The notes: generated by a model not told the origin, from the sequence alone. 63,289 nt of DNA, filler included, from Octopus bimaculoides (GCF_001194135.2; 6 parts of 6 records of this genome joined end to end with filler, not necessarily neighbours in it), one strand, 5' to 3'. Positions 25,817-37,679 are shown, numbered from the whole stretch's first letter. Translations and numbers: made by a program.

Positions 25817-27552
25817 CTACATAGAATATACAAGGAGTTTTCATCTACTGATGTACTGAGCATTTATAGTATATATATTTATACATATATTAGAATAACT
25901 AACTAACAATTGAAGGACAGGTATCAATCGGTTACAACCATTTCTAATAAATTTTTTGATTGATAAACGATTACATTATATCATAAAATAATGTTTTCTT
26001 CAGATGAATACATGGACCTTACAATCAAGGACATTTTAAATAATTTTTAAAAATAATTTAAAAACTATGGCGACATACATATATATTATTCTGCTAGTAC
26101 TTCTGTACCAAGGCTGGTATTCACATAAAAAAATTGTGTGAGTATTTTTTCTGATCTAACTATGTGCCTCAATTTTAAGTACCTTATTCAAGTGAATCTT
26201 GTTTTGTGTGTGTGATTTGAAAATGGTTTTTTTAAAGTTATGAGCTATTTAAAAAATTCCTTTCATTTAACAGAACATCACTAACCTTTCTGGAAGAAGA
26301 TGGTATATTGTGTGTATTTTATGTTTAGTGTGTATTTTGTATTTAAGTGCTTTCACTTTTCAACTTTCAAACTCATGCGTTCCAGGCTAATGCATTTAGA
26401 GGAAGTTGTTTTTTTGTAATGATGTTAACTATTTCCGGTTTAGTTTTAGATTTTAGAATTTTTATAATGTATTCTTTTGTCTTTCATAGTTGATCATTTT
26501 CATCTTATATTTTGTAAAAGAGGAATATTTTAAATTGTTGGCTATTTCAAATGTTGTCCATTTTTGGTTTAGTTTTGGATTTAGAATTCTTATATGGTAT
26601 TCTTCTTTTGCCTTTTGTTGTTGATCATTCTCATCTTTTAAATATTTTGATCATTTTCATCTTTTGAATATTTTGAATTTTGCTTTTGCAAAATTGTCTA
26701 GATGTTTACTGCATGGAACATTTCTAAGAGAAGACTCTTTAATTTGTTGTTTATGCTTGTTTACACAACTGGTTAGTTTTGTTCATGTTTCTCATTGAAA
26801 AATGAAAGCATTTACTTGCAAAATACACACTTAACATAAAATTGAAAAAATCATCTTTAAATAGTTAATAACTTGAAAAATTCTTTTTCTTTTAATTATT
26901 CAAATGATATCAGGTAATTTTTGCAAATGTTTTTAAATACATCAAATATATATACATATATATATATATATATACATATATATNNNNNNNNNNNNNNNNN
27001 NNNNNNNNNNNNNNNNNNNNNNNNNNNNNNNNNNNNNNNNNNNNNNNNNNNNNNNNNNNNNNNNNNNNNNNNNNNNNNNNNNNNNNNNNNNNNNNNNNNN
27101 NNNNNNNNNNNNNNNNNNNNNNNNNNNNNNNNNNNNNNNNNNNNNNNNNNNNNNNNNNNNNNNNNNNNNNNNNNNNNNNNNNNNNNNNNNNNNNNNNNNN
27201 NNNNNNNNNNNNNNNNNNNNNNNNNNNNNNNNNNNNNNNNNNNNNNNNNNNNNNNNNNNNNNNNNNNNNNNNNNNNNNNNNNNNNNNNNNNNNNNNNNNN
27301 NNNNNNNNNNNNNNNNNNNNNNNNNNNNNNNNNNNNNNNNNNNNNNNNNNNNNNNNNNNNNNNNNNGTTTTGGTATCCAGAAGACCCATAAGACAGGTAA
27401 GGCTATGTAAGTGGTACTGTTAGACTCCTGGTTCTAAAATAGTATGAGTGAGGTGTCTAGTGTGGGTTGTGTGTGAGCGTGTATATGTTAAATAGAATGA
27501 GACAACAAAACCAAGGCAGTGTGAAATTTCTAGAACATTTATAAAGAGAAAG

Positions 27553-27606
27553 GTAGCCTTACAGCTTTTTCAGGGATATAAAAGATATCCCATCATCAGA
27601 AACGAT
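27553..27606 (-). ncRNA. Degenerate minimal type I hammerhead ribozyme (Penelope-associated type)
   Basis: Minus strand: CTGATGA-T-GGGATAT-CTTTT-ATATCCC-T-GAAA-AAGCTG-TA-AGGC. Core intact, 7-bp stem II; stem III is one substitution from the palindrome ACAGCTGT; stem I pairs only with wobbles. Confidence 0.65.
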
Positions 27607-28313
27607 ATGAGAGAGTTAACTAGAAGGAAATGGTAGAGTTCAATATAAGAAGTTGTTTTAGAAAGGGAAAGATATTGGAAGTATAAAGGGAAATATGAGA
27701 ATAAAAATAGAAATATATGTAGGATGTTAAAATTGCTGTTCCATTAACCAAGGAATGTACTGTGTTGAATGGGTAAAAAGTCATCTTGTCCATGGTATGT
27801 AAATTCTGATAGGAGTTCTTATTTTGTTATTACAAATGGATAGTGTGCAGGAATTAATTCCATGTGCTGTTCATTCGAAGGGATCTTGTAGTGTAAATGA
27901 AATTTTGAGAATATACTGGTAGGGGGAAGTAGATAGAGAGATATGTATGCTAGGAGGGAGAAAATTTGTATTGGTCAAAAGGTTTGGGGGTGGAAAGAAG
28001 AAAGTAATAAACAAAAAAAGATAGAGGAAGAGAAAAGGAGAAAAGGAGTGCTAGATGGTGGTCAATATATTGTGAGGGGTGGGGACAGGAGAGCTATCAA
28101 TAGTTAAAAGGAATAGGAGGTGAGACAGAAGGAAGAGATAAGAATGTAAGGAAGGAATATGTGTGAGAAGTGGGAGGTGGGGTGATATGTTTGAAAGACA
28201 CTAAAGTGGAGGGATAGATAAAGAATGTGGTATGGAGAGGGGTACAAAAGTGAAGGGAAGAATAAGAAAATATAGTAGTCAAATTTCTAAAAATAGATGT
28301 AGGCATTTAGGTA

Positions 28314-28792
28314 CTGTACCTTCTGGTTATCTCACCCCCATTAAAAAATTGGGTTATCTCCCCAAGTTTTATGAGAAATATCGGTACTTTTGGTTATCTC
28401 CTGCATTAAAAAAAAATTGTTTAACCTTCACTAAAACAAAAAAACAAACAAACAAAAGTGAAAAGATAAAACATCTTATTGAATATGATAACATTTTTAT
28501 AATAAATCATACAAAGCTGAGAAGATCAGTAAATATGAAAACTGAAAAAATTAATAAACATGAAAATGAAAATAAATTAAACATCCTACTGAATCTGATA
28601 ACATTTTTGCAACAAATCATACCATGCCTATTGAGGAGGCCAAACTCCAACAATGTGTTGAAGTGTTGAATCAAAAGGATCTAACTCTTTTAATCCAATC
28701 TCTTGTCACATAAGCTCAATTTTTTAGTGGGGAGATAACCCAGTATTTTAATGGAAATTTCTTAATGGGGATGAGATAACCAAAAAGTACTG
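28314..28792. mobile_element. MITE with TIRs and subterminal GGTTATCTC repeats (pogo/Tc1-like, inferred)
   Basis: Left GTACCTTCTGGTTATCTCACCCCCATTAA versus right TTAATGGGGATGAGATAACCAAAAAGTAC. GGTTATCTC at 28325, 28352, 28392; its reverse complement at 28732 and 28773. Confidence 0.7.
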
Positions 28793-28990
28793 GCATTTTT
28801 ATGAGGTCAGAGATTGTACTAACTAAGTGATTGTGGGGACTGATAAATCAGTGAGAGAAAGAAAAATATGTATATAGATATACATGCACATGCACACGCA
28901 TACATATAAATATGCATATGTACTATTATATAGGACTGCATACTCACACATATATGTATACATATGCATCCATGCATATACATACACATA

Positions 28991-29746
28991 TATTATTAAA
29001 CAGTTAAAAATTTAAAAATTAAGAAATTGTAAAATCAAATAAGTTTGTTGGAGATTACCTAAGGAGTATTCGGTATATGTACTGTGTGGTGATTTAGGTT
29101 ACATTTAGATCTGTGGTAAAATTTGAAGGTATGGATAAAAGGTGGTTGCATCTACTTAGGGCCTCATTATACTTATTTAGTAGTATTGAAGAGTTATATT
29201 TTAATATGTGGAATGCCTCTTTTAGCCATAGTTTACAGGCTGAGTATTAACCCTGGTATGGAAGCCTTGAATCTATTATGAACCATGATAAATGATATGG
29301 AATACTCCTATTTTGAAGATGATGTATGTGACTGGCACATCTCAATTCTTTTAGATATGAGAAACACAGTAAATCCACAACCCTCACCAGTCACATACAT
29401 CATCTTAAAAATAGGAATATTCCATGTCATTTATCATGGTTCATAATAGATTCAGGGCTTCTATACCAGGGTCAATGCTCAGCCTGTAAATTATGGCTAA
29501 AAGAGGCATTCCACGTATTAAAACATAACTCTTTAATACTATGAAATAAATATAATGAGGCCCTAGGTACATGCAACCACCCTTTTTTCCATACCTTCAA
29601 ATTTTATCACAGATCTAAATGCAACCTAAATCATCACATAGTACATATACTGAATACCCCTTAGGTAACCTCGAACTTTCCAATTGACTTTCCAATTTTG
29701 TAATTTTTTAATTTTTAATTCTTAATTTTTAATTGTTTAATAATAA
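28991..29746. repeat. Foldback element: inverted arms of about 350 bp around a 51-bp spacer
   Basis: Arm 28991-29335 is the reverse complement of 29387-29746 with scattered mismatches, e.g. GATGATGTATGTGACTGG / CCAGTCACATACATCATC. Confidence 0.93.
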
Positions 29747-29783
29747 TAATATATATATATATGTGCATATATATATATATATA

Positions 29784-29883
29784 NNNNNNNNNNNNNNNNN
29801 NNNNNNNNNNNNNNNNNNNNNNNNNNNTTAATTAATTAANNNNNNNNNNNNNNNNNNNNNNNNNNNNNNNNNNNNNNNNNNNN
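29784..29883. other. Artificial assembly spacer (44 N + TTAATTAATTAA + 44 N)
   Basis: Six-frame stop linker at 29828-29839 centred in exactly 100 nt. Confidence 0.95.
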
Positions 29884-30099
29884 ATATATATATATATATA
29901 TATAAGCAATGTTAATTCTCTAAATGAAGTATTAACAGTAACTGCACGATAAAGTGTAGTATATTGCCACTTAAGTGTGGCTGACCCCTAGGGGTGGATG
30001 TTACTGTTGCTTTTAGCCCCAGGAGGACATCTCCTCCAGCTGGCTTATCGACACACGACTGTGTCCTGTTTGCCAAGGGAAGTTATCCCTCTCACCTCG

Positions 30100-30163
30100 A
30101 TCAGCAGCACGAACGTATCCGGATTTCAGGGTTATTTCCCTTCGTCGGCGTTCGACAGCTGAT
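30100..30163 (-). ncRNA. Minimal type I hammerhead ribozyme, near-canonical
   Basis: Minus strand: CGAACG / CCGACGA / AGGG-AAATAA-CCCT / GAAA / TCCGGA / TA / CGTTCG. Stem I is perfect (6 bp) and extends by ATCAGC:GCTGAT; stem III ATCCGGAT is palindromic; predicted cleavage after AUA at 30116. The only core deviation is U4 to C. Confidence 0.85.
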
Positions 30164-31534
30164 GACCTATATATATATTTCAAGAAAGTTAAAGGTTGTG
30201 AATCCAACCGACTAATGGATAATATCTATCCAATATACTGCTGGTAGAATACCCAATTACTAATACACAAATGTTTTTTTCATTGCATGGCAATTACATT
30301 ACCGAGTGTAATAAATGGGTGAGGGTAAAGAGAGAGAAAGAGAGAGAGAGTGAGAAATATTGAGAACGATTGAGATAGAAGGTGAGTTGTCTACCTTGAA
30401 AAGGTGACTGGAATAGAGTTATCACCCTTGTCCATAGTTAACCGTGATATAGTGATCCATACAAAGATTTTCTTGCGTTGAGGTGACCTGTCCCAATCTT
30501 TGATACCTACAATCACAATCATTCCAGCCATGACAATACCATCGATGTTTTTGTTAGGGAACGGTGTACCTTACGATGCATTACTCATTTGTTATATGAC
30601 TGTAGTTTGTGCTTTGAGGAGATTTAAGTTGTTTTTTCTAGCAGGACATGCAACTATTTGGATACGTCCTTTCCACCATTATTCTTCTTCTTCTTGCTGT
30701 TGTTTAGCCCCGTATCAGCCACAATCGCAATGCGGTGCCAAATTATTCAGCCCTCTATTACACTCCTCCAATATTCACCTTATTCTGACAGCTTTTACAA
30801 TATGATCCCCTTTTATCGACTTCAAAACTTCGTTCCTTATTTTCTTAGCCTTTCATTGTGCACCACCCCCAAGCTCTACAATACTTTCGTCCTGCTTTTC
30901 ATATTATACTGTGCACCACTTCTCCCCATCCTACATACTGCTTCATCTTTTTTCCAGCCCTATATTCTGCTCCCCTCCCAGCTCTACAATTCGCTCCTCC
31001 TCTCACCTTATTATGCGCCGTCTTCTCCAAGCCATACAATGTACAACCCCTTTTTCTAGCCCTACAATATAAACCCCCTTCTTTCAACTCTCCAACGTCC
31101 TGTTTTTAATCCCAGTCTTACGGTGCACACCCTTTCTTTCCACATTTGCATTGTGCTCCTTCATTTCCAAGCCCTTATAACGAACGTTCCCTTCACTGAA
31201 TCCAGCAGTACGCTTATTTTTCCGACCTACATCACGCGCTCACCTTCAATCATATTTTCACGACCTCTTCCAGTCATCTTCTACTTTACACCAGATATAA
31301 AAAAATGCAGCCGAAAATTGAATTAGCGAACAAGAAATCTGTAGTTTTATGATCATATGACTTACCCAGTGCAACTATGATCTGTCAAAAGTTAAAGCGG
31401 TTCACACCTAATTATGTGCCATCATATTACTGTCTCATTTTACCCGTTTCATCCCCCATCAACTTGTTCTCTATCCGTCTCGTTTTCAGGAGTAGTCTCC
31501 CTTGCGCTCTTCAATTCGATTAATCTTTTACTTG

Positions 31535-31878
31535 TCATAAGACGGCGGCCATGCTGGGGCACTACCTTCAATAATTTTTACTGGAATGAATCGACACCAG
31601 TACTTATTCTTCTGCTAAGCCTGGTACTTATTCTACCGGTTTCTTTTGGCGAACCGCTAAGTTACAGTGCTGGTTGTCAAGCGGTGGTAGAGGACAGACA
31701 CAAGCACAAAGATACATACACATATATATCATATATGTACGTATATATATATATATACACGTATATGTACGTATATATATATATATATATATATATATAC
31801 TTGCCCAAGATGCTACACGGTGGGACTGAACCTGCAGCCATGTAGATGGGAAGCAAACTTATTACCACACAGCCACGC
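31535..31878 (-). mobile_element. SINE family A with internal TA-rich microsatellite
   Basis: 3' part CGGCCATGCTGG...GAACCGCTAAGTTAC...GGTTGTCAAGCG; head CTTATTACCACACAGCCACGCC. Confidence 0.85.
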
Positions 31879-32345
31879 CTACACGATTGTTTAGACTGTT
31901 CAATGAAAATTAACCGACGACTAAATGATAGCAACAACAATTAACAAACTCTACGTCTGTTCCCATGAGTGATAAGTTATATTCCTGTTTGACTTAGCAC
32001 GGGTAAGTCATATTCCCGTTTTATTTTTTACTTTTTTCTCGGCATTCGGTGTAATGACGATGTAAGATATTTTGGATTAGCGTTAATACTATCCCTCCTC
32101 ACTTAAGACAGCAAGTTGCCACAGTAAGATGCTTAATAGCATTTCTTCCAGCTCTTTACGGTTTTTGAATTTCGAATCCTGCGGAGGACAAATTTTACAT
32201 TTTTAGGGTCGATAAGATAAGTATCATTTGATCATTGGGGTTAATGTAATCGATTTTTTGTCCTTTCAAAACTGTTGACTTTGTGCCAAGAGTAGAAGAA
32301 TAATGACCCTCTCAATATACAAGAGTTGTTATTTAATTTGACAAA

Positions 32346-32645
32346 GAGGCGAGTTAGCAGAATCGTTAGCACGCCAGGCGAAATGCTTAGCTGTATTACT
32401 TCTGTCTTTATGTTCTGAGTTCAAATTCCACCGAGGTCGACTTTGCCTTTCATACTTTTGACTCCCCCAAAATTGCCGACCTTATGCCAAAATTTGAAAC
32501 CAAAATTTAATTTGAGTAAGGCGGCGAGCTGGAAGAATCATTATCGCACCGGAAAAAAAGCAGTATTTCTTCTGGCATTACGTTCAGGGTTCAAATTGCA
32601 CCGGAGTCAACTTTACCTTTCATCCTTTCGGGGTCGATAAAATAA

Positions 32646-32648
<3 letters not shown>
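32346..32648 (+). mobile_element. Two tandem SINE family B copies
   Basis: GGCGAGTTAGCAGAATCGTTAGCACGCC...GAGTTCAAATTCCACCGAGGTCGACTTTGCC, then GGCGGCGAGCTGG...CCTTTCATCCTTTCGGGGTCGATAAAATAAGTA. Confidence 0.85.
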
Positions 32649-32681
<33 letters not shown>

Positions 32682-32799
32682 ACAAGAATATATGCAGTGA
32701 TTTCGAACCTATCCGATTCATGTAAAATTGTTTTTATAACTGAAGATAAAAACATATACACACACATATACCAAGGATCCAGGAAGCACGGGGACTTAC

Positions 32800-33100
32800 T
32801 GACCAGCACAATTACTTTTCACATGAACAGTGACGTAGACTGCATCTAACTAAATCGAATACAACGAGGCAGAGTCTTAAGATCGATCCAGGCGGCCCTT
32901 GAATGTCTTATCATATTCTTTCGGCAACATCTTTTATCCACCGAGCGTTGAAGTCCATCCCTTGACCAAATTTTGAATAGACGAAGCGGGTAGCATCATG
33001 AGACTTGGAAAGCAGCTTCTGGAGACACATTCCTTCCCTCATAACCTTCAATACATGGCCAAAGAATTTGCACGACTCTACTGCAACACAACATATCATC
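32800..33100 (+). mobile_element. Possible CR1/L2/Jockey-group LINE ORF end, decayed
   Basis: RLGKQL...SFPHNLQY resembles RLWN.LP..FP..NLQ.F; weak. Confidence 0.3.
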
Positions 33101-33344
33101 GATGGGTGTATATCAACTGAAGACCCAAGTATAACTCCTAAAAGGGCGAGATAGTCACAGCTGTAATGTCTTGGAACCTTAGGTTTGCTGGATTAGAATT
33201 CACCGAGGGTTAAACAGCAACAACAGTTCTCCTAATGTCAGAAGTGGGAGTAATGCATGAATAACGAGTGTTTTTTTAATATTTTTAGTTTTGTTAACAT
33301 GCAATATTTATTTTTTTATTGCCCACAAGGGGCTAAACAAAGAG

Positions 33345-33525
33345 GGGACAAACAAGAACAAACGATTATATCGACCCCAGTGCGTAACTGGTACTTATTT
33401 AGTCGACCCCGAAAGGATGAAAGGCAAAGTCGACCTCGGCGGAATTTGAACTCAGAACATAAAGACAAACGAAATACTGCTAAGCGTTTCGCCCGGCGTG
33501 CTAACGTTTCTGCCAGCTCGCCGCC
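33345..33525 (-). mobile_element. SINE family B, CpG-intact copy
   Basis: TCGACCCCGAAAGGATGAAAGGCAAAGTCGACCTCGGCGGAATTTGAACTCAGAAC...CTGCCAGCTCGCCGCC. Similar copies at 33900-34068 (-), 47985-48195 (-) and 54324-54520 (+). Confidence 0.9.
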
Positions 33526-34289
33526 ATGCAATACTGAATAGAGAGTACTATTTGGAGAGGAATGATTCCCCTTCCAGTCCACCCGGAATGGTTTACCTTG
33601 AATACGAACTCATCAAATAACGTATGAAGAAAAAGAAAAAACGACTGAAAAATAAATCTTTATTTCTTATTTTATTTATTTTTTGCAATTTATTTCCTGA
33701 AGATAATTTATCACTCAGAACAGTTTAAGTTATTTTAATAATTTTTGTATAAACATATTATTTGTGTAAGTGCACGTGTGAGAATGTAGATTACGAAAGT
33801 AGGCACTTTTGAATAACTAATTCAATCCTACTCACACGTCCGAGTTTATATCTGGATGGGATCAACTCAAGTTTTCATCTTGTCAGAATAAATAAATGTT
33901 TCAAATTTTGGCACAAGGCCAGCAATTTTGGGCGGGTTGAGGTTGATAAGACAATTACATCGACCCCAGTGCTTATTTTATCGACTCCACAAGGGTGAAA
34001 GGCAAAGTTGACCTCGGTGGAATTTGAACTCAGAAGGCGTGCTAACGTTTGTGCCAGCTCGCCGCCTTAATGAATAAATACATAAAAATCATAATACTGT
34101 GTCTGTAGGAATGGTAAAGCTTCTAGCCAGATGTTTTATAGAATTTAGTTAGATCTCTTCAGTGTCCTGTGTTCAAATCTTGTAGTTCACCTTAACATTC
34201 CCACTTGCAGGACTTGATGGAATAAATAATGGAAACAGACTGTGGACGATTCCATTAATTCCATTCTCTTATGAACAATTGAACGATTG

Positions 34290-34410
34290 ACGTGATGGGT
34301 ATCAAAGCTAACGTGTTTCGTCCTCACACTTCGGCTTATATAGAGATGATGGCTTAGCCATCTCCAGAGGCGTTAACGGCCATCCATTAGTTAGGCTTAA
34401 AAAAGACATC
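34290..34410 (+). mobile_element. Penelope-like RT catalytic motif fragment
   Basis: HFGLYRDDGLAISRG...RLKKDII (YRDD catalytic motif of PLE reverse transcriptases). Confidence 0.7.
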
Positions 34411-34424
34411 ATAACACCCTCAAG

Positions 34425-34459
<35 letters not shown>

Positions 34460-34962
34460 ACCTCTCTGTGTATAAATTTTTATACACTCTTATATATAAA
34501 AATATTTTATGTCATGACTTTTATTACGCATGCGAACCACTGGTAATTAAATTATTTTAATTTCTTNNNNNNNNNNNNNNNNNNNNNNNNNNNNNNNNNN
34601 NNNNNNNNNNNNNNNNNNNNNNNNNNNNNNNNNNNNNNNNNNNNNNNNNNNNNNNNNNNNNNNNNNNNNNNNNNNNNNNNNNNNNNNNNNNNNNNNNNNN
34701 NNNNNNNNNNNNNNNNNNNNNNNNNNNNNNNNNNNNNNNNNNNNNNNNNNNNNNNNNNNNNNNNNNNNNNNNNNNNNNNNNNNNNNNNNNNNNNNNNNNN
34801 NNNNNNNNNNNNNNNNNNNNNNNNNNNNNNNNNNNNNNNNNNNNNNNNNNNNNNNNNNNNNNNNNNNNNNNNNNNNNNNNNNNNNNNNNNNNNNNNNNNN
34901 NNNNNNNNNNNNNNNNNNNNNNNNNNNNNNNNNNNNNNNNNNNNNNNNNNNNNNNNNNNNNN

Positions 34963-35004
<42 letters not shown>

Positions 35005-35375
35005 ATGGACACACACGCGCACAACAAATATAAACAGCGGCAGCGATAAGGTTAATAACAAAAACTTGTATAAGAAAGGAAATAGATATATAGCAACAGT
35101 AATTGCAATTACAAAAATTATTAATAGGAACCTAGTTAGTGACATTCAGAACAGCACGAGACAAGACAGCAATAAGAGACACATCATCGTCATCATTTGT
35201 AGCAGCCGCATTAACAACATCATCAGCATTATTATCATCAAAAAACAACAACAATGGCAGTCACAGTAACGACAAACACAAGAACAGATTCGACGGTCAT
35301 TGTAGAAACAACAACAAATCCAACCAATACAAAAATACCAGGAACGCGTATAACGTATAACATTCATAAACATGA

Positions 35376-35628
35376 CTAGTGTCGTTGGGTATAGTTCAGA
35401 GGGATGCGTTTCCTTTTGTTGCGGTTGAAGATGAAGATTTCCATTAGAAAACATACACTCGACAGTAAAACAATGGCTCCGAATATGATATATAATCCCC
35501 CTAGGGAATTCATACTGAGAGGAGTTGGTTTATAGATGGAAGTTTCCGTCGATGAACACACGTACTCGCTGGCCCAAGACTGCTGACGCCATTTTTCGAT
35601 CAAGCCAGCTTCCCTCATGACGTTCAAA
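35376..35628 (-). CDS. Ionotropic glutamate receptor / variant ionotropic receptor (IR) family, last coding exon (end of S2, final TM helix, short tail)
   Basis: Acceptor cttttctttccag|T (phase 2), then LNVMREAGLIEKWRQQSWASEYVC...PLSMNSLGGLYIIFGAIVLLSSVCFLMEIFIFNRNKRKRIPLNYTQRH stop. Matches the iGluR/IR pattern L..L.E.GL..KW......C....PL....L.G.F..L..G..L....F..E. Confidence 0.85.
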
Positions 35629-36386
35629 CTGGAAAGAAAAGAAGGAAAGAAAAGAAGCATTATGTACATTCACGTCTCATTTTGTGAGAATTTCTTTAAC
35701 ATAGTCGAAAGACGCTCTATGTGTGCGAATATCTCTCTGTCCTATATCACTCTACTATCCTTGTTTATTTGTTTCTTTCAGTGTCTTTCTAATTTTTTTA
35801 ATTGTTTCAGTCGTTAGACTGCGGCTAGGCTGGGTAACCGCCTTGATGAATTTCCTTTTTAGTCGAATGAATCTGCTCCCAGTACGTTTTGTTTTTAAGC
35901 CTGGTACTTATTTTATCTGTCTCTTTTGCCGAAACGCCATGAGGCAGTGGATGGCACACACACACACACACACACACACACACNNNNNNNNNNNNNNNNN
36001 NNNNNNNNNNNNNNNNNNNNNNNNNNNNNNNNNNNNNNNNNNNNNNNNNNNNNNNNNNNNNNNNNNNNNNNNNNNNNNNNNNNNNNNNNNNNNNNNNNNN
36101 NNNNNNNNNNNNNNNNNNNNNNNNNNNNNNNNNNNNNNNNNNNNNNNNNNNNNNNNNNNNNNNNNNNNNNNNNNNNNNNNNNNNNNNNNNNNNNNNNNNN
36201 NNNNNNNNNNNNNNNNNNNNNNNNNNNNNNNNNNNNNNNNNNNNNNNNNNNNNNNNNNNNNNNNNNNNNNNNNNNNNNNNNNNNNNNNNNNNNNNNNNNN
36301 NNNNNNNNNNNNNNNNNNNNNNNNNNNNNNNNNNNNNNNNNNNNNNNNNNNNNNNNNNNNNNNNNNNNNNNNNNNNNNNNNNNNNN

Positions 36387-36420
<34 letters not shown>

Positions 36421-37633
36421 CCACACACACATGGTTTTGCGTCCATGTTTTTCTTTCTTTAAAACGACAATATAAAATGCCCTTTGTCTGATTCATTGTT
36501 TTAATAAATGCTGTTGTCACTTAATCCTAAACTATTGATTTCTTTATTCTAAGTTGCAATACGATCTTTCCTTTGAAAGTAATCCCAATATCTATTTCTG
36601 CTTATATGTATGTACATGCGTGTGTATTGTGTGTGTGCGTGTGTGTGCGCGCGCTTGAAAATAAGATAACAAAGGAATAACAGGTTATGTTAACTTACAG
36701 CTGTTTCTGCTGTAAGGTGTAGAAGTTCATAAGACAATGGTTTATTCCTTTATCATCTCAATTTCTTGTTACTGCTCTATACTCGACTAACGCTTTATTC
36801 TGAAGCATATGTATAATGTGTTCTACACAAGGTTATTTAGTCTCGCAACTCTTAAGCGAAATATACGTGTGTGTGTGTGTGTGTGTTGTGTGGTGTATAT
36901 ATTGGAAAATGTGTGAAATCTTTGGTACAGTTAGGATTATTTGAAAAAGGAAAAGAATGACTTCACTGGTAGTTCTAATCAATTTAATTTTCTAAAAATA
37001 TAATATAATTTAATTTCAGTTTGGTTCGTAGATCTAGTAAGTTCATTGTTCACTTCGATGGGGAGATTTTNNNNNNNNNNNNNNNNNNNNNNNNNNNNNN
37101 NNNNNNNNNNNNNNNNNNNNNNNNNNNNNNNNNNNNNNNNNNNNNNNNNNNNNNNNNNNNNNNNNNNNNNNNNNNNNNNNNNNNNNNNNNNNNNNNNNNN
37201 NNNNNNNNNNNNNNNNNNNNNNNNNNNNNNNNNNNNNNNNNNNNNNNNNNNNNNNNNNNNNNNNNNNNNNNNNNNNNNNNNNNNNNNNNNNNNNNNNNNN
37301 NNNNNNNNNNNNNNNNNNNNNNNNNNNNNNNNNNNNNNNNNNNNNNNNNNNNNNNNNNNNNNNNNNNNNNNNNNNNNNNNNNNNNNNNNNNNNNNNNNNN
37401 NNNNNNNNNNNNNATATAATACAAATAATAAATGAGTATATGCATATATACGTACATGTATGTACATACCTACATCTGCATGTACATATAGATGCATATC
37501 TGGGTACAGGACGTTGCAAAAAAACGTGGACAAAATGATAAGCATATATACATATATGTATGTATATATAATTTGGAAAAGGAAAAGAATGATTTTACTG
37601 GTAGTTCTAATCAATTTAATTTCCTTGTTTTTC

Positions 37634-37679
<46 letters not shown>

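Noticed and set aside
26420-26690. Short AT-rich tandem duplication (another 55-nt duplication at 36940 and 37570)
   Set aside because: Ordinary slippage duplications in low-complexity sequence with no further structure.
30159-30190. CTGATGA...GAAA on the + strand next to the ribozyme
   Set aside because: No stem II or stem III pairing; this CTGATGA is the complement of the - strand stem I extension.
30390-30520. Possible - strand exon GIKDWDRSPQRKKIFVWITISRLTMDKGDNSIPVTFSR
   Set aside because: Weak splice sites, no homology and no partner exon.
33115-33170. CTGAAGA-CCC...GGG...CAGCTGTA hammerhead-like string
   Set aside because: GAAA is absent (GAGA plus an insertion) and stem I does not pair.
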